DNA of 64,000 bases. Origin: Rhodosorus marinus CCMP1338. Taxonomy: Eukaryota > Plantae > Rhodophyta. The position numbers and the translations under genes are program-made. The DNA is taken from the NCBI GenBank assembly GCA_029953675.1, contig JAMWBK010000001.1:2914001-2978000 (forward strand), read 5' to 3'. The notes below the pieces were generated by a model. That model searched no databases and was not told the DNA's origin. It saw nothing but the letters and a program-made list of their open reading frames with translations. This document shows, piece by piece, positions 8,994 through 22,291 of the stretch. The number at the start of each line of letters is the position of its first letter. Position 1 is the first letter of the stretch.

Positions 8994-11760
8994 CCTTCAA
9001 TCCACGATTCCCACTTTAGCCCCACAACCACAACGACATCCTCACCTTGACCCTCCTCCAAGCCCACCCCAGCGTCCTTCCTGCTAAACTCCTCCTTTTC
9101 AATATCGTTTGCCGAGCAACACCTCTTCTCCAGTTGTGCAGCTGATATCCCGCCAGACCCGTCTCCCTGTTCAATTACTATTTATCCCCAGTCAGGCCCG
9201 ACCGCACCTCCTCTCTCTCCCCCTTAAAAAACCAAATTGACTTTTCTATAATAAGTGGCTGTGGTAAGTGGTCTCCATCCTTCCCGACACAACATTCCAG
9301 GCCACAAAAAAAAACCCCCAAAAATACCCAACTCCCCTTCCCGATCTACAAGATAGATCGACTCATTTAGCTCAGCAAGGCCGTCCGCATTGCCAACAGG
9401 CAGAGCAATCGATCCTCCTCGCGCTCTCCACGAAACCAGGGAAGACTTAGTGATCCCATGCTCCCCTTATTCAAGTACCAGAACAGTTAAATAATTAAAC
9501 AATATTAGATTAATAATAGTCCCATTCATAATAAAAATAGACATTTCATTCGTATATCCAATTATACTATGCTTTGTACTCTCCATTAACCAATAAAAAA
9601 GCCTATAACAAATTCGCTTAACCAGTCATAATAGCATAATCAAAGAAGCATAATATTTTATTCTTATTCAGTATTTATATGTGAGGCGACTTTCGGAAAC
9701 AATGAGATTGATAGGATCTATTTTTTGATATATTTAGAATTGATATGTATGTATTGGTTATATCGTTTTTCGCTTAACCAATGGTATTTCATATCCCTTA
9801 TTTAATTTTATAAAACATGATTACCAAGGTACGAAAATAGCTTTTCGCTTACAGTCACGAACTATGATGTTTGCGAAAAACCAATCATTGTAGAGAAGAT
9901 ATTGAGTGTCACAGACTGATTGGAAGCTTGAAAGTAATCGAAATGATTGCTGTTCGACCATCCAATAATAACAAAAAAATTGCTTATAATGTATATTCGA
10001 AATAATTCGCCTTACCCAAACTCAGTATGGAAAAAATTGTCCGCATCCAGTAAAGTTTTTAAAACAAATAACTTTTTGTATATGTAAAAAAGTGTGCGTT
10101 GGGAAAACGGGGAAGGTGGGGGTGGGGAAATCTGATAATGGCTGTCGGAGGCTTTTGATTTTTTTGTGATTAATTTTATTTGCTAGTCTTTCAGAGTATT
10201 TGTAACCAGTAGGGGGGGGAAGTTAGTAAAATTGAGTTTTGTCTGGTTTGTTTTCCTTGGATTGGGAGGAAAAGAGAAGGAATGGACGAAAGTGTGTTGG
10301 GTGAAGGGGGTAATCATTACAAGAATTCGACAAAGCTGTTTGCTTTTTTGATGGGAAAAAGATGTTTTTGATTGGTTTGGTTTGGGAGGGGGGAAGGGAT
10401 TGGGGATCTAAATTTGGACCGAATTTTTTGTTTTTGTTTGGTGTCCTGGAAGAGCGAAGGAAGCGAACCAGCTGACTTGCGATGTGAGTATAGGCTCGAG
10501 GGACGGTTGGGCATGTCGTCAGGCCCTTCCCCTTCTTCCTGCCTCCCCCCCTTCCCCCCGCCGCTTTTTTTGCCTGTGCGTTGTTTTTTTTTTGGTCTTT
10601 TGCGTTGTTGCCAGTGGGCACGATGGATCCACTACCGGATCCATCATTAGGGTCGTCTGATTAGTTTATTCGAAGTAACGGGAGGGGGGGGGGTAGGTGG
10701 GTCCGTTGTGAGGTTTTGGGTGAGTGAAGCTTCGGAGGAGGTTTTCTTGTTGGCCCCCAACCCGTAACCAGCCGTTTGCTAATTTTGGCTACTACAAATT
10801 GGGTCCCTGAGGAGGAGCCTGAGTGGGGTTTGGAACACCCTTAATGACGCGTTATACGTTGTTGGCTAGCGCTTACACCGCACGGGACGATGGTCAGGCT
10901 TGTCCAGCGTACTTGGAGGCTGTGCAAATTATCAATTATTGTTGGACGATTGAGTATTGTTCTGCGCGAGCGGAGCGGGGACGAGGGGACGGGCACGCGC
11001 CTATCTGATAGGCTGCGTTGATGATCAACCCACTAACGTTCTTAAGTTAAAACCAAAAGAGATTCTTGAGCGATGAATGTTGTTTTTTTTGGCAGTGGTG
11101 AATAAGTCCGGTTTGGTTAGGTCATGGTCTCCTTACAAGTGTCCGATCCTCGTTCTCGTTTACAGAACAGCTCTCCCTCACAATCCGGTTTGGAGCAGGA
11201 GAGTCAGTACACGCTGTCGCAGTCGTCAATGACGTTGACGAACCCGATCACATTCTAAACTAACTGCTATTGAACCTCCGTGCTGATTGCAAAGCTGCTG
11301 TCAACAGCTTTGCCTTTGGTGTAGACCTGGCGGCGACTCATGTGGTAAAAGATGGGGGCGATAAGGTGTGCGTCCAGAGGGAGCAATCGTTGCAGAGCTG
11401 AGGGAAATGCAATTCGGCTTCTACAACGGTGGTTCCACCACATTCTCTATCTGCTTGCTAACGAAGATTCAATACATCCTGCAAATAAGACTTGGCCGCG
11501 TGTCCGCTGCGCACCAACGCATTTGAGAAGCTTTGGTGAAGCATTGGCATGGGACCTGTAGGTTAGCGACCGAGCAGCCAGTTCTATGGCGTCCACACAG
11601 AGCAATCGAGCACTGAGGCTGCGCTTTCGTGGTCCAAGCCCAAGCTGGCGTGTCTGACAGTAGCATATTGGGCCAGGAAGGACGCAGAACTGGCCCGCTC
11701 CCAAGTGGATTGTCGCGTTTCTCCTACCTTCGATTCCCAGCGTACACTCTTTTTAAAGAT

Positions 11761-11848
11761 TTGCTGACTCAGCCGCTTGATGCCAAAACAAAAAACGACT
11801 GTGCTTGCTGACTCAGCCGCTTGCTGCCAAAACAAGAAACGACTGTGC
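11761..11848. repeat. 44-nt tandem duplication (2 mismatches)
   Basis: ttgctgactcagccgcttg(a/c)tgccaaaacaa(a/g)aaacgactgtgc x2. Confidence 0.9.
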
Positions 11849-13819
11849 CCGACCGTGAGCCATTACTTCTAGAGTCTCACACGGAAGAAATCACCCAGGC
11901 TCGCGCATGCTCCTCACAGGAAGAGATGCGACCTTGCAGATCTTATCCTCTACGCATCACTCTTGTCTGCCCTACCCCATCCGTTGGAAACCAACCGTCA
12001 GTGATCCTACACAGCCCCGCCAATTCAAATTTGACCCAAACTTAGGTTGAATTCGGGAGGAATGCAATTCCGAAATTTTTACTACTGTTTGTTCTCGTTT
12101 CGCAGGCTCCTTGTGGCAGTTTGCCTATATGATTAAAGTGATCTATCGGCTCAGGGCACAAATTTCCTTCCCGAGTAGATGATTCGCATATCAAGTACCA
12201 TGACTTGGAACGCATGAGTGTCATGGAGGCTGTTCATTCTAGCTGCCCGCTCTAGAGGATCTCAAGACCAACAGCCCTACTGCCCACTGATAGGAGATGT
12301 CTTAGGTCCTATCGCGCTGGTGGCTGCTCTGATAACCACCGAGGACTACCTAGTTTAGTATCCCCTCAAGACATGTGCACATATTATTGAGGCTAACTAC
12401 CTTACCAAGGGTTACGAACTTCAAACAACGAGGGGTTCATTCGCCATGGCAGAGCCGTGTGCACACCGGAATGTGTAGCCTGGGCCTCACGGGAGCTTTT
12501 TTTTGAGCATGTGGCTCCCTTATCATCAGCAAGCCGTCACGACTCAATCCCGAGCGGAATTAGACAATGCGTCATCCCCTTCACTGTCCACTCCAATGGT
12601 ATGTTGAGATCCAAACAGTCACTGGATCGGAGTGTGTTCAGCTCCGGTGCCCGGTGACCGATGCGCTGATACGCCTCCGGGCTCGCTAGTGGTACTGCAG
12701 TACCTGCTGACACCCTGGCATAAGTGCCGAGCCCGTCACTTGACATTTCTACGAGGCGGGAAGGATTTATCCACCCCTGGGGTAGCCTGAGCCTTCTGGG
12801 GCTGATCCTTCTTCGCCCAGTTTCTACCCGACGGAAGCAGACTTTTGCACCTTCCTTTGCCTCTAGCTGACTGGTAGATCCAGCACATTTTGCACCCGAG
12901 TTGAGCTTCAGCAGTGCCAGTTGAAAATCTAGAGAAGATACTCACGAGCTACTCTGGCGCACCAGGTTCTCGGATTTCGCGCCTTCGAACGCCTAGCAAG
13001 AAACTGTGTGACTGCTGCGATGGCGATCCTATTCTATGCCGTGCGGCGAACTCTCTATGCAGAGCATCCCTATGCTGACCCATGTGCACTGGATCGTTAA
13101 TTGATCTGATGCTACCTCTTTTACCATGTGCAACGTACGCCATCGCTCCTTTATTTAATTGACACGACTGCTCATTCAAGCCCCTCTTCGGGGGGACTAC
13201 ACGTTGCCGTTCGAGATCAATTCAAGCACCCCGGCAGGGCAGAAACTAAAACTGCCGTCGTTTTCAACGCCGTTAATGCTTCCATCATCAAAATGTGGAT
13301 TCAGTCTGACTTTCGAAAATTTCGGATCCACCGTCTTCCGAAGGCTCTGCTTGTCTTGGACCTACCTCTTCGACCGCTCCACAATCCTCGAGCACAGCAA
13401 TCTGGACCTGATTCATTACGGACGTGCACAAGACCAGGATGGAGACATAGGTTCGTTTTGTCCTAATCTGTACAATGAAGTCGGTCATATGCTCTTTGGT
13501 CTTTCAGCGCCGGTCGTCGGATTATCAAAGCTATCCGACTCAACTCATTCTACAGTAGTCAGCGCCAATCAAATCAATCAAGCTAGTACGTTCCCACCTG
13601 AATCTGCACGGGAACCATGCCAGTTTCGAATTTGAGAAAAAGAGGGCCCCTTCTTGAAGTACGGAACTTTAGAAGCCGTGTGCTCATCACCATGGGCACG
13701 ATGCTGGCCTAGGAAAACGCGCATTCCGGTTGACATCTCGAGGGATCTTTGCTTTCCGGCTGGTCCCATCTTACAACGACCTTGCTGTGCTACATTTCTG
13801 TTCTGTGCGATCCGAAGGT

Positions 13820-14225
13820 TTATAAATAATCTTCATTTCGAACTCGTACGCGCTTGATTGCCTCCTTGGGAACAATAACAAGCCCCATCCACAGGAGCTC
13901 TGTCTCATCTACGCACGGTGCGAGAGATAACAAACAATCAGTCGAACAATGGGGACAGCAAAAAACGAGCAAAAAAACACGGAGCAGACTAACTCGCACC
14001 TTGATTTGAGCTCTCCATCATGCGCTCCTCCGCACTCGAAAGGATAATGTTGTGAAGATGGTCGATGCAGTGGAAAAGCCCCTGAATCACCCGACCATCC
14101 GTCATTTCAATTAACATAGGACGATTGATCAACTCGCGTACTCTCGTAACGTACTCCTCTCGATCTGCAAAGGACTTACCCATGTCTTCTCTTCTAGTTA
14201 GCCATTCTCTTTCCTCCCTAAACAT
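13820..14225 (-). CDS. NAA38: Sm/Lsm-fold protein, NatC auxiliary subunit (NAA38/LSMD1/Mak31)-like; intron 13909-13999
   Basis: Sm1 motif RELINRPMLIEMTDGRVIQGLFHCIDHLHNIILSSAEE. GT-AG splicing yields Sm2 WMGLVIVPKEAIKRVRV then TAA. Subfamily assigned from memory. Confidence 0.6.
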
Positions 14226-16291
14226 CTCCAGATCCTCCTCCCTCCCCTCCGAGAAACATTCTCAAGAAATTCCGTTTCGACCGCGTTCGTTAGTACCGTA
14301 ATAGTATCAGAACGCTGCTCTGAAGGAACTAACGTGCCGATGCCGAGGTGTGACTTAGCCTACCATTCGGGACCCGGGGCTGTTTCATCGGTTTGTACTG
14401 CTCATTATCCAGCTTTGTGGTCTTTTAGACAGTGTCTAGTCATGTTTTTCATAGTGACCCCGGACGTCTTGACCACCTCACCACGGAGCTGCTTTTGATC
14501 CGCTGAGGCTCTACTGCTGGGTGCTCTGCTGGTCCACGCGTCGTCAACGCTCCACAGAGTATGTAGGCTCTGAATAACCTCATGGTGACGAAGATGAACT
14601 TCAGTGCCAACCGCAGAGTGTAGCAGTATAGGTAGCTAAAACAATTGGGATGGTAAGGAGCCCCCTCTGCCGGGCTTCTTGAAATCGGTATCGCATCGAC
14701 ATGGAAAGACTATGGGGATGGGGGAGAGGGGCACCTCCACGCCAACGCTGAAGAGTGAGCAAGACGCCGAGGCGTGTCGAGGGACCCTCAGGAGGTGAAG
14801 GGTGTGTTCATATTTTCGTTGTGGACGGATTTTGGTCAAGAATCATGAAGTTGGAATATTTTGTTTGGGGTAAATTCAATGTAGCCTGGGCGGCGAAGAA
14901 AAACAACTAGAGGAATTTCCTCAGTCTATTTGTTTTTACCTCTTTAGAATTGCAATTCCAGCATTGCCCGATCCTCCTCCGCTTGTTCCGCCACCCAGGG
15001 CGTACAGATACATCGTTCACGAGCAGCCGCGTGGTACATCAAGCAGAATTGACAAGCAAAGAAACAACTGCAATCACAGAGAGGATTGATGACTTTGCAG
15101 ATGGAGGAATGCCTGCGCGCGAGGGCTGGGTGGCCTGGCTCATAGACCCGAGGCTGTGCGGAGTAGGGCTGAGCGCTGGTCAGAAGTAAAAGATTATTTC
15201 GTACGCGAAAGGTAGTGCTACTTGGCATCAGCGCGCTGAATTTCTCTCCGCATAGCTCGTTTACTTGTGAATTCGGCGGCAATGCTGGTCACCGGAATAT
15301 TCCCGCATGCCGCAGATTGCGAGAGAATGTGGAGCCTCGCTTCGCGGACGCACCATATTAAGCGTTCTCACTACCTTAACCATCCAACAGAACCGATCTT
15401 AGAAGCTCAAACCGTTCCCCATCCACTCACAACTCACCCAGCTCTTAAAAGAGGTCCACACCTAACACGTTGACATAGGGCAAGACATAGGGCATCAAAG
15501 TTTGGTCTTGCCGGTTGGATAAGTCACATTTTAGGGCAAAACCGTTGAAATTAGTACCGCATGCGGCATAGGGCATGCCCTATTACCACAATAAATTGTA
15601 CGTTTAGTGATTTATTAGTACAGTGGGACTTGCGAAGCAGAGGAGTTTCAGATGCAAAGAGGTGAGGTTGGTCCGAGCGGAGCTGCTACCCATAACATCA
15701 GACAAGTTTAAACCAGGAGAGAATGAAGCAAACGGGTATATCGAGGACAAAGAAAACGTAAAGTGCGGGCTTCAAGGGACAACTGCAAGCATTTGCCCTG
15801 CCAGAGCAAAACGAAACTGGGCCGGGGAGGGCAGGTGCTTTTTGGGGGGTCTCGGTCTGGCTGAGCGAGAAACTGAGTAGAGACCACGAATGTATATTAC
15901 TCCTTAGCGGTTAATCTACTTCAGATGTTGCTAGGTAGAAAGTAGCCAGATTGTTTTTCAAAGAAAAATGAAGAGTCCTCCGCGCCCGATAAGAAGGGAG
16001 CCCTTTTGCAAGACATTTAGAAAGCCTGGCTGCTCATCTCGATGCGAGGCCGTTCCGAACTGATATCGATGCTAAGTTTCCTGTTTCGACCTCGTAATGT
16101 CATGAGCGATGACCCAAATAACGAAGAACAAAGAAGCTTTGGCTTTTGTTTGCTCTGCTGAGCGAGGGGCATGCTGTGGTGAGGTCTGACCACATCTACC
16201 ACGCTAGAAACGGTGTCGTGCTGACAGGGATGGGCGGGGATATCAGTGGAAAGGTGAATGGCGGTTTTTCCATTTTAAGTAGCGGAGTAAG

Positions 16292-18071
16292 ATGAAGAGG
16301 AAGAGAGAAGCGACATGGTCCGATCTTGTACAGACTCTTCGTTCCGGAGAGAAGTCTGTGAGGGAGCTTTTGCCTGAACTCGAGCGCCTGTTGCCTGTCA
16401 GTTATGGTGGACGTGAACCAGACGATCGCGAAAGCGAGGATGGCGACGACGATCAGGACAGTTTTTCCTCCAGGAGAATCTTAGAACGTGGGTCGACGAC
16501 TAGGTCCGGTAGTACCTTCCGCCTGCACTACCTGGAAGTTCCCTTTTCCATTTGGGAGGACCTTTTCGACGAAGAATGGCCGTCCGACGCGGCTAGAACG
16601 CTCGACACGGAGCTCCACCTTCCGGAAGCAGATCTTTTCCCTGCGTTCACCGACGATCGCGGCAACGAAGAATCAGGACAGGTCCAAATGGACGCAGACG
16701 TGGAGTTTGTTAGTACGATCCTCCGGAACACTGGCAACCATCCCACATGCACTGGCCGCATCCATTTTACCAACACCTCCAAAGATTGGTAAGCCATCCG
16801 TTGAAGTTAGTAGCCCGAACCGCAGAGATTCCATTCATCTTGGGAGGCAAAATTCATTGCGTGTGAGTCTCTCAAGCGACTTGAACGGCATTGAATCTGT
16901 TCAAAGCGGTTCCTTTGTCTTCCCGCTGATGCGCTAGGGCCGTCTGTTAGGAGCGGGTTCCGTAGCTCCGTGAGGTGCTCATTAACCTTAGCAAAATCTC
17001 TTCTCTTGATTGTTAGGATGCGTCTTCTGCACGATGTTGTGATGGAGGGAGGCAAGGAGCTTGAAGTCAGCGACTATATCAGGCTCTTAAGCTGTCTATC
17101 CAATTCAGATCTGGCGGATGTGGTCTTAGTGAGGATATTCCCCGGGCTGTTGTTGCGTGAACGCTCCAACAGGGATGGCGACTTGTCGAAAGAAATGGAT
17201 CAGCTGTTGGAAGTTGCGTTTCACCGCAGCAGTTTCTCGTCGATGAGCCTTTCAGTACTTCAGAAGACCATTGCTGCGATGAGGTTGGCTTGACTCCGTC
17301 AAGTACAAGGTTCCCAAGCAGACATATTGAAAGTGTTTTATTCCGTTTTTCCTACAGTCTCGAGCAATGCGGGCTTCTAGGGGTATTCTCGCAAGCAAAG
17401 CTGCTTCGGCTGTACTTGAATGGGACGATGGAGGGCCACAGGCAACCCGGAGGGTGATATCAGGGACTCCGTGTTCATATCGTCAAGTCCTCACTATTTA
17501 TGACTGTGGATGGTCAAAGGTAGAGAGTTTGGTGCTCTACGTAAAGGATCTCGAGATTCCAGAGCTAGAACGGAGGATCAATGAGTAGCTCGCCGGCCGG
17601 AAAAAGTGAACTCCTTTACATTCTGCGAGTAGCTCATGACAGCTCTTCACTTGCCACACTTAGGATTGGACAAGGCTTGGAATCAGCCGGCGGGTGCTAT
17701 TGGTAAACAGCTCGTCGACGATTCGCTGAGATGCGACCGGTTTTGAGAGGACGAAACTTTCCAACTCCCCACGAGGGCCTTCACGCTTTCTTTGAGCTCC
17801 TATGCGAAAATCGCCTTAGTATCCGTTCATATGCCGGGCACGGGAGATCGTTCGGGAACTCCGTGAAGAGGGTGCAGGCGACTACTTAGGCGCGTATAGG
17901 CATTCCAATGCTATTCGAAACGATCTTGCATCGTTTCCAGTTCCGGAAATCATAGTATACAGTGAATTCAAAGCCGCCCTCACCTTCTGCGCCAGGCAGC
18001 TGCCCAGTCAAGTTTCTAGGTGTACTTGCTCCAAGATGAAACCCAACGGCTTCAGCGTTCGCCCGTGGTGA
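16292..18071 (+). CDS. Multi-exon hypothetical protein; exon structure unresolved
   Basis: ORF1 has an NLS-like MKRKRE and an acidic tract, ending at a gtaag donor (about 16789). Further protein-like frames lie at 16970-17293 (Leu-rich helical), 17367-17588 and 17820-18071. No family recognised. Confidence 0.35.
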
Positions 18072-18500
18072 AGCCGACAAGCTAACTTGCCCGGTGAGGC
18101 TTTCATACGAGTGGCCATTAACGACTTATCACCCTGTCCTAACATGGACGCAAAGGAATTCAACCGATTTGCGGCGTGAGCAAGGTGGTCGAAAAGTCTC
18201 TTAAGACCTCCTCATGGGGTGTACAGTACTACTACTTCAAAGATCAGGCTTTTGATGTATAAAAGCGAAAACAAATGTCGTTCAGTTTTTTTTCTTTAAT
18301 CTCATCTGCTCTCTTATACATATTCGCGAGCAACGCCCGAACCAACGATCTCCCCTCGCCCACCAAAATCTATCCACCCTGAAACAATTTCCCCCCCTCC
18401 CCCGAACCACCAGAACAGGACCACCTGGACCCTTTCTGGTATCATTCGACACCCTCAAAGCTCTGGCCGAGAAAATTAATTCTTAAAAAACAATTATCGC

Positions 18501-18522
18501 TATATATATATATATATATATA
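18501..18522. repeat. (TA)11 microsatellite
   Basis: Direct read. Confidence 0.9.
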
Positions 18523-19421
18523 TTCTTCATCCGCTTATTGTGTCCTTATACAGAAATACAATACGCTTATTCAAAATACTCATCAAATTACGGTCCGATT
18601 TTTTGATTTTTTTTTTGGAAAGCCCCTCCCTCCTCGCGCTCGCGCGGCGAGCACACGCGCGAGATATCCAATTCGGTAATAAGTTTTAAGTATTTCAATA
18701 AACTGCAGCAATAGCAACGGGCGAAAACGGTATTCTTTGAAATTCGGAATAAAAAACTAAATCGCAATCAATTTACGAAAGTGATGGGGAGAAAGGATTG
18801 CACTATTCCCAATTATTTCTTCCTAAATATTCGAAACATGGAAACTTATCAATCAATATAAGGACTCAGAGATTGAATGAAGTGTATATTTTCTTTTATA
18901 CAACTTCCTATGAATTAGGATGTGTATGTCCATTATTTTGGAGAGAGCGGAGACTCAGCTCGGTATTTTTATCGGTTTTTAGTTCATTGGGAAAACCATG
19001 ATCAATTTTGTTGGTCCTTGAATTTGATCTTTCACTGTCTAGATATCCCAACGGGTGGGATGTCAAAAAAATCTCGGCGATAATGTTTTTGGGGAAATTT
19101 TTGATCGCTGGCCGAAGGCATAGCATTTCTCTCCATCTTGGCGAATGATACAAAGCAGGATCGTTGGCTTTGGAAGGAAAAAAGGACGTGTATTATTTAA
19201 TGGTTTTTTAGGGTTTTTGGATTCCTCGAAAGGAGTCGGATAGTTTCGCTATGGCTGCTGGGCGGTTGGCAATAAGATGAGCTGTAGATGTGGTGGTAGG
19301 GGGGGAGGTTGGGGAGTGGACTGATCTGGTTGACAATTCTAAGGACGATTACGGAGCTTTGTGAACTGAAGGCTGTAAATTGACTTTGTTTTGGGGTAAC
19401 CTCTTTGAGAAATTGTTCGCT

Positions 19422-21129
19422 ATGGCTTTTGTTTTTGGGAGCAGTTTCGTCGGGGGAAGAGGGGCTGGTGTACAGACGCGAACCTCTTCTTGCAGGAGAG
19501 TAAGTGCTTTCTTATCTTGAGTTTAGCTTGGATCCCTTCAATGTTTCTCATCTTTGTTTGCCAACCGTTATCGTTATGTTTCTGTTCGTTTAGGTCGGCG
19601 TGACCAGCCTGGAGATGAAGATCAGCGTCGCTGTGGTCGGTGGAGGACCTGCTGGAGCTTGCGCCGCGGAGGCGTTGGCAAAGGGCGGGATCGAAACTTA
19701 CATTATTGAGAGGAAAATGGACAATGCCAAGCCTTGCGGTGGTGCTATTCCGCTTTGTATGGTCGAAGAGTTCGATCTACCCCCAGAGATCATCGATCGT
19801 CGAGTCAGGAAGATGAAGATGATTTCTCCGAGCAACAGGACTGCGGACATTGGGCGCACCCTCAAGCCGGACGAGTATATCGGAATGACAAGGAGAGAAG
19901 TTCTTGACGGATTCCTCCGCGATCGCGCGATCGACCTCGGCGCGAAGCCGATCAACGGGCTCGTTACTGAAGTGCTGGTTCCTGAAGGTGTCGGCAAGTA
20001 CAAAATTATGTACTCTGACTATAGCACCAAAAAATCCGGGAAGGGAGAACAGGTAACTTTCAAGTTTCGGCGGAACACCTGTAGCCAACGATCCGTAAAC
20101 TGATCAAGCTAGTGCTTGCTCCACTTCTGCGCTTGTAGAGCTCCATCGACGTTGACATGATCATTGGGGCAGATGGAGCGAATTCTCGAGTGGCGAAGGC
20201 CATCAATGCGGGAGAGTATGCGTATGCGATCGCGTTCCAGGAGAGGATCAAGCTCCCTGAAGACAAGATGGAATACTATGAGGAACTCGCAGAAATGTAC
20301 GTTGGAGACGACATCTCCCCTGATTTCTACGGATGGGTCTTCCCCAAGTATGATCATGTTGGAGTTGGTACGGGGACGGTCATCAACAAGAACGCCATTA
20401 AGCAGTACCAGACCGCAATCCGTGACAGGGCTGCGGAGCGATTGGCTGGAGGAAAGCTCCTCAAGGTGAGAGTGCTTTGAGCACAATCCGTGCATCGCAG
20501 TGAAGGGGGATATATCTTCTAAGCCAACTACAACTACGACTGTTCAGGTTGAGGCACATCCGATCCCAGAGCACCCGAGGCCGCGCAGAGTATCTGGACG
20601 AGTCGCCCTAGTTGGTGATGCGGCGGGTTACGTAACGAAGTGCTCAGGCGAAGGCATCTACTTCGCTGCGAAGAGTGGAAGAATGGCTGCGGAAGCGATT
20701 GTTAAGCTGTCCAAAAACGGAGAGGTGACAACCCCCCTTCCCCTTCCCCCGCCCCAAGTCCTGTTACAAAAATGATTTTCGGTTCTGACTGAAACTGTTC
20801 TCCTTCAGGTTCTACCAACTGAACAGCAGATCAAGGACACTTACATCCGAGATTGGGACAACAAGTACTGGGCAACTTACAAGGTGCTGGATATCTTGCA
20901 AGCCGTTTTCTATCGAAACAACGGTGCACGAGAGGCCTTCGTCGAACTCTGCGAGGATGAGTATGTGCAGAAGGTGACCTTCGACTCCTATTTGTACAAG
21001 AAGGTCACTAGGGGCAGTCCGGTGGACGATATTAAGCTTCTCTTTAAGACGTTTGGGAGTCTGATTCGAGGCAACGCTTTGGCCACACCGGATACCCCGA
21101 TTGCAGTGATAGACACGAAGAAGCTGTAG
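19422..21129 (+). CDS. chlP: Geranylgeranyl reductase, plastid-targeted, 5 exons
   Basis: Transit peptide MAFVFGSSFVGGRG; intron 19500-19593. FAD motif VAVVGGGPAG, AKPCGGAIP, IGADGANSRVAK, YGWVFPK, LVGDAAGYV..SGEGIYFA. Confidence 0.96.
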
Positions 21130-22082
21130 ACATATACGTGCAGAAATATAGTCTTTAGAGACGAATTGTAGTTTTTCCCTTACAGCACTTAGTAGATAGT
21201 TTTAGACCGGACAGGTTTGTCATTGAAACATTAGCCTTAATTTAGAATTACATATGGAAATAAGAAACCGGCTGGCGGAGCAATTAACGAGCGGAATGCT
21301 CCACCTCCGCAACGTTTGGTTGCAGTTGCTGCCATAGGCAGTTCAGTGAACATCTGCCGATATATCCTTCGAGATCACCTGGACGGTAGTACGGGTCATG
21401 AAGTCATTGAGCACCACCGGCGTGCCAAGACGCGCCGATTAGGGCGGTAGCACACGCATTTTTTTAACGACAATGGAAATGCCCATTGGCGCTCAGCAGG
21501 AAGTTCGGGAGTCCCGATGCTTCTGGTCCGCCAACCGGGTGGCATCCACGTCCATTTGCACTGTTCGAAAAACAAACCAAACAATATTTGTGGCAAGCAG
21601 ATCAGAGGGGCTGGAAAACGAGCTGAGGACATCGTAGCAGAATAAAGATCGTCTAGTACTTCTCACAGCACACACACAGACCTGGCAAGGGCAACTGGGC
21701 CACAACCCTCAAAAGACCCGAAGAAACCACGATTGGCCAACTTCATCCTTTATTGACTAACTTACATCAAAATTTCTACATTTAACCCAATTAAAATACC
21801 CTAAATAAATGTAAGCTTACGTTGAATACATTAAATGGATAACTAATCCCTATTCCTTTCATTATTGGATATGAATTGATTGATTACTGCTAAGGGCTGT
21901 GAGATTCTCGTCGGGATTTGTGTGTGGATGGGAGCTGGTTTTTAATCAATTTTCTTTCGTTTTATTGTTTTTTTTTTTTCCTCTGGCGATGACGCTCGTT
22001 GCTGAATTGCTGAATTGATGTAGGATTTGGTGAGTGAACCTCTGTTCTTGTTGACGGGTGAGGATAGGTGATGGGCAGGGGA

Positions 22083-22140
22083 GGTTGGTGGTGGGGTTTT
22101 GGATAGAAGGTTGGTGGTGGGGTTTTGGATAGAAGGTTGG
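22083..22140 (+). repeat. 26-nt G-rich tandem duplication upstream of the HHL1-like gene
   Basis: ggttggtggtggggttttggatagaa x2 plus ggttgg. Confidence 0.85.
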
Positions 22141-22291
22141 AGAGGCGTTGAAAGGGGGTGAGATGTTTTAGAGTTTTCGCTCTCGGTTTGTGTTTAGTAT
22201 TTTTTTTGTTGATGCTCTGATTCAACTGGTAGAGTTGGAAAACAAGAAGTCTCTTGGTTGTTTGGAAGTGGCGATAGGGAGGAAATTTGAT

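Noticed and set aside
1-18500. Intact LTR/LINE/DNA transposon
   Set aside because: No RT, integrase, RNase H or DDE motifs recognised in any listed ORF, and no clear LTR or TIR pair with TSD.
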